Of a DNA stretch of 64,000 bases, positions 56,615 to 64,000 are shown piece after piece. The position numbers were made by a program, and so were the translations under genes. Within the stretch, counting starts at the first letter, position 1. Each line of letters starts with the position of its first letter. The stretch is from Eledone cirrhosa (taxonomy: Eukaryota), in contig OZ024745.1 in the NCBI GenBank assembly GCA_964016885.1, positions 69,378,001-69,442,000 of the forward strand, read 5' to 3'. The notes under the pieces were generated by a model, which was not told where the DNA came from, did not search any database, and saw nothing but the letters and a program-made list of their open reading frames with translations.

Positions 56615-56773
56615 ATATGTGTCTGTGTATATGTATACACATGTATATTTGTGTTTGTATGTATGTGTGTGAGTGTATTTATATGTGTATATATGTGTGT
56701 GTGTTTGTATGTATGTGTATGTGTGTGTGTGTATGTGTATATATATGTGTGTGTGTATATATATATATATATA

Positions 56774-56834
<61 letters not shown>

Positions 56835-57410
56835 GTGTATGTATATGTATGTATATGAATATATTTTTATATATGTGTGTGTGTTTTTATGTGTGTATAT
56901 GTGTTTGTGTGTGTGTTTATGGTTGCGCGTAAGTGTGTGAGTGAGTATGTTTTTTGTTTTTTTGTGAATGTGTCTGTTGATTGTTGGCATATAGTTGATT
57001 AGTTTAAGAGAAGTTCGAAGATAATAGTAAGATATGCACTCAGTATTTTGAATCTGTCTGTAGAATTCTCTAGACCTTTGTCACTTAGTAGAACCTTAAT
57101 GATTTTAGCTTTTAAAGAATCTCCCTTTTCTTTAAATCTATCGACCATGACTGAACCCCCACTGATTTTATAGACATCTGTTAGCTTAAGAGAAACTTAA
57201 TGACAAGGATTGGTATGCCATCCGGAACCTGTTTATAGAATTCTGTCTGCCCTTGTTACTCTAAAAACAAAAAAATAATCTATAGCTTTGTAGAATTAGC
57301 TTTTAATGAATTCCCTTTTCTATCACCCAATGACCTGCACCCATCCCACTCCCCACCCTCTCCTACCACTTGTAGAGACCTATAAATACCATTTTTATTT
57401 TTTGATACCC

Positions 57411-57461
57411 AGATTCCTGATGATTTCTAATGAATGAAACAGTTCTAGTCCTGTAGAATCT
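57411..57461 (+). ncRNA. Type I hammerhead ribozyme
   Basis: agattc-CTGATGA-tttc taat gaat-GAAA-cag ttctagtc ctg-TA-gaatct; ATTAAA ~8 nt downstream. Confidence 0.8.
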
Positions 57462-57476
57462 CATCTATATTAAAAC

Positions 57477-57583
<107 letters not shown>

Positions 57584-57592
57584 GTATATATG

Positions 57593-57626
<34 letters not shown>

Positions 57627-57635
57627 TATGTATAA

Positions 57636-57674
<39 letters not shown>

Positions 57675-57682
57675 CATATATG

Positions 57683-57716
<34 letters not shown>

Positions 57717-57724
57717 CATATATG

Positions 57725-57760
<36 letters not shown>

Positions 57761-57768
57761 CATATATG

Positions 57769-57802
<34 letters not shown>

Positions 57803-57804
57803 CA

Positions 57805-57895
<91 letters not shown>

Positions 57896-59384
57896 TGTTA
57901 TTCCATAGCATACAATAATAGCATATATAAGAGACGATAAAATGCTTCAAACTCTAAACATTAGCTACTTTGTCTGTATAAGTAACTTCATTTCGGAATC
58001 ACGAGGTCCCATTTTCGACCTCGTTGCGTGGGGCCTTGGGCAGCTGTCTCTATCTTAATGTTGAGTTGGCACAAGCCATGAGAGTGAAATTTAGTAGAGA
58101 GGTCCCATTTTCGACCTCGTTGCATGGGGCCTTGGGCAGTTGGCACAAGCCATGAGAGTGAAATTTAGTAGAGACAACCTGTTTCAAAGTCCCCGCTCGT
58201 TACTTAGTGTCACAATGATTTTTGCCCGAGAAGTACGTTAAGGGTACACGTGTCTATGGAACACTTCTTCACCAAGAGATTAATTCTCAAATTGGCATTT
58301 CAGATGATCGAAAGACTGTATGTTCATCATCAAAACCGACGCAGGATCCATCAATTCATATATGAATTCATATAATATCGTGGTATATATACAAATGTTT
58401 ACTATGCTATGATTTGAACGCAGAATAAAGATGGACCAAAAGGATAATTCAGTCTAGTGTCCTACAACTTGTGCGACATGTAACACTGATCCCTATTCGG
58501 ATCGGCATTTATTGTTTCTGTAATATCAAAACTTCTAAAAAACTTCTAATAAAGTCGATATATTTCCTTATTTCTTATTTCTCTATTCATATTTTCTGGA
58601 GCCTTTAGATAAATTCTTGTTTTTACAGAAAAAAAAAGAAAGAAAAAAAAACAATAAACACATTTTCATGTAATGAAATTGTTTAACCTTTCAGCATAAT
58701 TTCGGTATGGATCATGTTTGACTTGAACTGAGATCATGATTTGAAATTGAAATTTGGAAAATGCAATTTTAGGTACGTAAAATAACAAATAAACACACAC
58801 ACGTATCCTCTATATCTACTTTTTATTTATTAGAGGATTTGTCAGAAATGTTGTCGTACATCAATAAGTGAATGTAAATAACTTAGTATGCGTTTTACAA
58901 TGAAATATATGTTATTATTTTGAATTGAGTGTTGTTTATCCATCTTCAATCCTATACAATCGTTCTATAAGTGTTGGAAATTTCAATTAGGTGTATTTAA
59001 AAAAAATATGTTATGCATTAACATTCTCTATTCGTCTCTTTGTTTTCAATCAATTATCTTCACAAGTGCTCCTTTATGCATGTGTAAGGAAAAGCAACAA
59101 GCACTGTCCATTCTTCACAGACCCAAGATCTGGGATAAATGATTAACGAACAAATACATAGCTAGGATGATATCTAAGTCTTGAAACACTTGCTAGTTTA
59201 TTGTCTTAAACAGACCGTCTTCATTACCGAAAATACATATTAAACACATCAAAAGATAATGTAAGAAGATAACTAGAAATAAATTCCTTCTCTTCGGCCT
59301 CCTGTAAACGACTGTTTCGGTGAAATGCTTCAACATATACTACTACCACCATCACTAGTACCAGCATCTTCCTCCCCCTACTAC

Positions 59385-59467
59385 TACAATACTACTACTA
59401 CTACTACTACTACCGCTGCTGCTGCTGCTGCTACTACTACTACTACTACTACTACTACTGATACTGT

Positions 59468-59537
<70 letters not shown>

Positions 59538-59600
59538 GCTGCTGCTGCTACTACTTCTACTACTCCACCACTTCCATTTATATTACTACTACTACCTGTA
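59385..59600. repeat. (CTA)n/(CTG)n microsatellite
   Basis: Direct reading. Confidence 0.95.
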
Positions 59601-60131
59601 CTATGATACCAAAACTACAGCTACTTCAACGGGATATCCATAGAAACCGACGGGGTAACCTAAATAGATAGCAGAAGATCGCGAAAAAATGTGAATTACG
59701 TCAAAATGTGTGGATGTATACTTTAAATCAAATTTGTCCCAGTGCAATGAATAGTCACAAAGACACCTTTCATACAACTTGTAAAATATTTCAAACAAGC
59801 AACTATTGTTTTTACCCACTATTACTAATAACTAGCCTTTTTCTTCCGTGTTTCGTTCTTTAAGAATTCTAGAATTCCACTCACTCTGTCAAACATCGCT
59901 AGTTTATCTATGTTATTTTTGTATTGTTTTACTTGGTTTTCAACATGAAATGTCTTCCCACACCCACAACATCAAAAGATTCGTTCATCCAGTTTAGGTT
60001 ATTATGACCCGGTAGAAAATACGAATGTAATTCCCCGAGGCATTATGCATTTACATATTTTAACACTCTATAGATAAACGAGGACACTGGAGTGGAATAT
60101 TTGAATATTTCTGGCACCATGTAACTTAATA

Positions 60132-60680
60132 ATTGTTTCTACTTTTGGCACAAGGCCAGCAACTACCCAGTACATTACTGGTACTTTATTTTATCGACCT
60201 CGTAAGGATGAAAGGCAAAGTTAACCTCGGCGGGATTTGAACTCAGATCGTAAAGGGACGTAACTATGCTGGAAAGCATGTCCGACCCTCTACAGATACT
60301 ACCAATTCACCGGCCATGTAACTTAAAACTAATTGTTTCTACTTTAGGCACAAGGCCAGCAATTAACCAGTGCATTACTGGTACTTAATTTTATCGACCC
60401 CGTAAGGATGAAAGGCAAAGTCAAACTCGGCGGGATTTGAACTCAGATCGTAACTATGCTGGAAAGCATGGCGTCCGACCCTCTACCGATACTGCCAATC
60501 CACATAATAATAATAATTATTGGCACAAGGCCAGCAATTTGAAAGGGAGGGAAAGGTCGACTCCAGTGCATTACTGGAGCTTTATTTTATAGACCCCCAT
60601 AAGAATGAAAATCAGAGATAACTTCGGTGGGATTTGAATTCAGAATGTAAAGGGCCATAACTCTATGCTGTGAGACAGGT
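60132..60680 (-). mobile_element. Three adjacent same-orientation SINE copies
   Basis: ggcacaaggccagcaa..ttactggtacttt..gaaaggcaaag..ggcgggatttgaactcag occurs three times (third copy more diverged). The first copy is flanked by a ccatgtaacttaa duplication. Confidence 0.85.
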
Positions 60681-60689
60681 TGTCCAACA

Positions 60690-61440
60690 GACAAAGGAAA
60701 ATTGCTTGCGTTTTCCGGCCAAAAGAAGGTGTGGGGCGCCCTTTACCATAGACTCGGTCGATAGCCGGATCCGTCCTACACGCGATAACAGTTGCTTGAC
60801 ATAAATCTACAGATCGGAAAGACACGGATACAGGATGAGTGCGTGAATAATGGTCTCATCAGTCTATGCGCATCTCGAACAGGTCCACCTGACCGGACTT
60901 CCGTACCTGTAGAGTTTATCTCGAACTTGCATTGCCTCTCATGCCAAACAACTTTTAAACATCTTACTCTTATAATAGCCATGTTGACTGGTAATTCAAG
61001 AGAGAAAAAAATGGGGTATGGGCTACTTGCCCTCTATGTGCTTTTAGAGATCGCGTAGTTCGATCTCCATATTTGATAGGGTCTCTTTTGGCGATCCCTC
61101 TAAAAGCGTACTGATGCATCTCCATATCATTCGGATAGATATCCCTAATATTTTTGTTAGTTTCAGGTACCACCATATGTGGCTGTGGCACTATGAAGGT
61201 GCTGGTGGAAAAGATCTCCATTTCTCTCTCAATAATTTCGGCTGTTAGGGGGACTTTATTTCTGTCTGTGTATCTATGTGTGTTTTTGTGTTTAGATGAG
61301 AGGGGGGGGGCCTTTCTGAAGGTACCCCTTGGTGGTTTTGCTGGAGACTATTCGCAGCTGTTGGTGGAACTGTAAGTTTTGTTGTTGCTATTTTTTACAG
61401 TTACTACTGTGCCTGTTGAGGCCCTGGTATTGGCATAACA
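60690..61440 (-). pseudogene. L1/Tx1-like LINE remnant (C-terminal zinc-binding region at 60690-60930; upstream part of uncertain origin)
   Basis: KLYRYG..TCSRCA*TDETIIHALI..L*IYVKQLL resembles the CxxC..ET..H motif of L1/Tx1 ORF2; locally raised GC. Confidence 0.55.
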
Positions 61441-62699
61441 TTAATTACAAAGATTACAACAATGATAAAATAAAAGCTAATCTAGCCATTATACTGTTGA
61501 TGTTGTAGTTCTTTATTTGCAATGAATTTAGTGGTAGTTTTTCCTTCTTATTTCCCGAGATTATTGATATTAACTACACTTACGAAAAAAATTATTTAAG
61601 TTTCTATCCCTAGAAATCTCTATCTTTTAAAATATTTCAACCAATAATTTATTTATTGTCAATAACTAAATGATTTTAACTTGACACTTATTTTTGGTAA
61701 AATAGTTAAGTCAGCAGATAATAGTTAATTGCATTAAAGCGTGCTTGTTAAGTAACTGTTGATAAAATCAAACTAGTCTTCGTCTTTACTTCCTAACTAC
61801 CACCACGTGCGTTAATCATTAAACCTACCGATTAAATCAGCAGCTGCAATTCTCAGTATATAACATATGTGTGTATGTGTTTGATTGCATGTTTCTATAA
61901 TTAGCGTTTCCTTTCACATTTTTGTTGTATATTTTCTGCTACCTTACACTCTTACTGCACCCCCTATCCGATCGAATTATTTTCTGTTTTAATTCTCCAC
62001 TCATCAACACAATGGACTCTACAACTCCACCCCCTATTAACACATTATTTTAGCCTTCCTCTTCCCGCGTCACATACGTACAAGGACAATAACTATATCG
62101 GCTAGTTAAACTCATAGAAATTACGTGGTCATTTGCAATCAACACCTAATAATTACTCTGACATATATTTGTACAATCACACAGTTTTGTGGAAGTTTAT
62201 CCATTTCCTCTGCACGTATAAATGGTAAGGAACATTGAATACATATTGCACCATTGTTTCATTTGAACCATTATACTATTAAATATCTTTATTTGCATTT
62301 TACTTAACTAATTTAATATTTCTTTATATACAATGTTTTAGCGATTATGTTTCCTTTTGTATATATTTTTTTTTTTTTGGGGGGGGGGGGTATTAGTATT
62401 ATTAACTACCTTAACAACAACAACAGTACACTTTCGAGCCCTAGAAACTGAAACAAAGCTAAATATAGGTTGTGCTAAATTAATCACTGTATCATTATTG
62501 TTGGACTCCGTTATTCAATAAGTTAATCTGACAGGAAACTCTAAATTTGAAGATTGAATGAATGGAAGTCCCATAACTCCGTGTGAGGTCGTAGAGTCAC
62601 CGCCATATGCCGTGTCTACGCCACTTTTAAACCTGGCGGAGCCCAGCCCTCTCCAGGTCTGAACACAGTCAATTTTTTCTATAGAGGAAGACTCGATCC

Positions 62700-62840
62700 C
62701 AATATTGGACTGGTACATTTTTTATCGAGGTCGAAAGGATGAAAGGCAAAGTTGATCACTCAGAGTGCGCAATGAGGTGAGACGAATACCGTAAAGCTTT
62801 CTATCCGACGGCTTAACGACTCTTCAAATTCCCCGCCTTA
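62700..62840 (-). mobile_element. Decayed SINE (family of 2552-2729)
   Basis: gactggtacatttttt.atcga..cgaaaggatgaaaggcaaagttga. Confidence 0.7.
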
Positions 62841-64000
62841 CAGTTTGAAGATTATATGCAACTATATATACCCTATATATTTAACAGTTTCTAAGCATTA
62901 ACAAGATACTTTAAAATTTGTGTATTAGTTAATGTATCCTATATTTTACCATACCTTTAGGTGTTATTTGAGGGAGACTTGCTATAAGTTCTATATAATA
63001 TACACACCTATGTGTGTGTATATTGTATGGCTACGAATCAAACAAGTGATGAATTGTAAATGCATCTACGGATTAGGAAACCTGATGCAATGTAAAAACC
63101 AAACAAACGTCAAAACAATAATTTAAAAAAACAAAACAAATTGTTATTCAAACAAAAATATCTATTAGTTAAACCATTGTTGATATTTACTTAAGTGCAG
63201 CTTCAAGTAATTTTTTGCTATGTATGTGAAACAGTATTTGGAATAAAAATAGCGGAATAGAAAATTGCTAATTTTATTCTTTAAACCGCCATAGTTTGAC
63301 AATACTTCGGATCATATAGCAACTATATGTTAGATTTCTGCATGAAATACGTATTTACAAACAGAAAGATTAAACCGTCCGAAAAATATCTTTATATATC
63401 GATGTCCATATTCTTTGATATTTTACAGACACCTTCCAGTCCATAACATATTTTTGCTCGTATATTTCCTTTCTTGTTATCAAATCTCTGTTCTTGAAGA
63501 ATATATGCAACTATAAACAGCCTAATTCACTGTAATTTAGAACCTATAAACCAGCCAACCGTACTTCTCTGATATCATCTCTGGCGTGCAGAATAGTGCG
63601 TTGAAAATATCATTTAAATCAAAAATCAGTAACACGTATTGACCCAAACCAAAGCTATTAATCTTTGGGTAATTGCCTGGTCTTTCCAGACTGTGTTCCA
63701 CCTTAGAATGAATAATTCATGGTTAGACTATTATTCAACACGTAGAATTGCGTAAAAGGGCCTTATTGCCAAGTAACAAATTATGGTTTTGCTGTATGCT
63801 CAACACCTATCATAAAATATTGATAGAAAACTGTATAAAATTCATAAGAGTGCCGAAATCAGTTGTAATTCAGTATGGGTGACAAAAGTATATATATTCC
63901 TTCTGTCTTCTATGAATTATTTCACTGTTACATTACAGTAATTCATACTATAGCCTCAGATTGACTAATGCTTGGTGAGTAGAATTTGGCTGACGAAAAC

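Overview
AT-rich eukaryotic (animal) genomic DNA, dense in (TA)n/(CA)n/(TATG)n microsatellites. The SINE families look like those of octopus/cephalopods (inference from memory, not a database search). I could not support any host protein-coding gene; the window is intergenic or intronic and dominated by transposable elements. It holds a young Penelope-like element (PLE) with a long RT + GIY-YIG ORF and a ~1.17 kb inverted terminal copy (35064-39462), several decayed or truncated PLEs, a near-complete CR1/Jockey-group LINE nested in a PLE (52135-55850), RTE and L1/Tx1 remnants, an internally deleted mariner, a non-autonomous Helitron and many tRNA-derived SINEs. The most notable hidden signal is about 15 type-I hammerhead ribozyme (HHR) motifs spread over about 8 unrelated repeat families, some with recurrent core variants and a nearby downstream AATAAA/ATTAAA. 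Also notable are a ~440-bp non-coding tandem HHR unit (retrozyme-like) and an adjacent 260-bp tandem unit carrying a complete tRNA-like Pol III cassette; the latter family also occurs as a fold-back like the PLE insertions. Nearly all long Y/I/C/V-rich ORFs in the track are microsatellite artefacts. RNA folds were read by eye, and boundaries of decayed elements are approximate.
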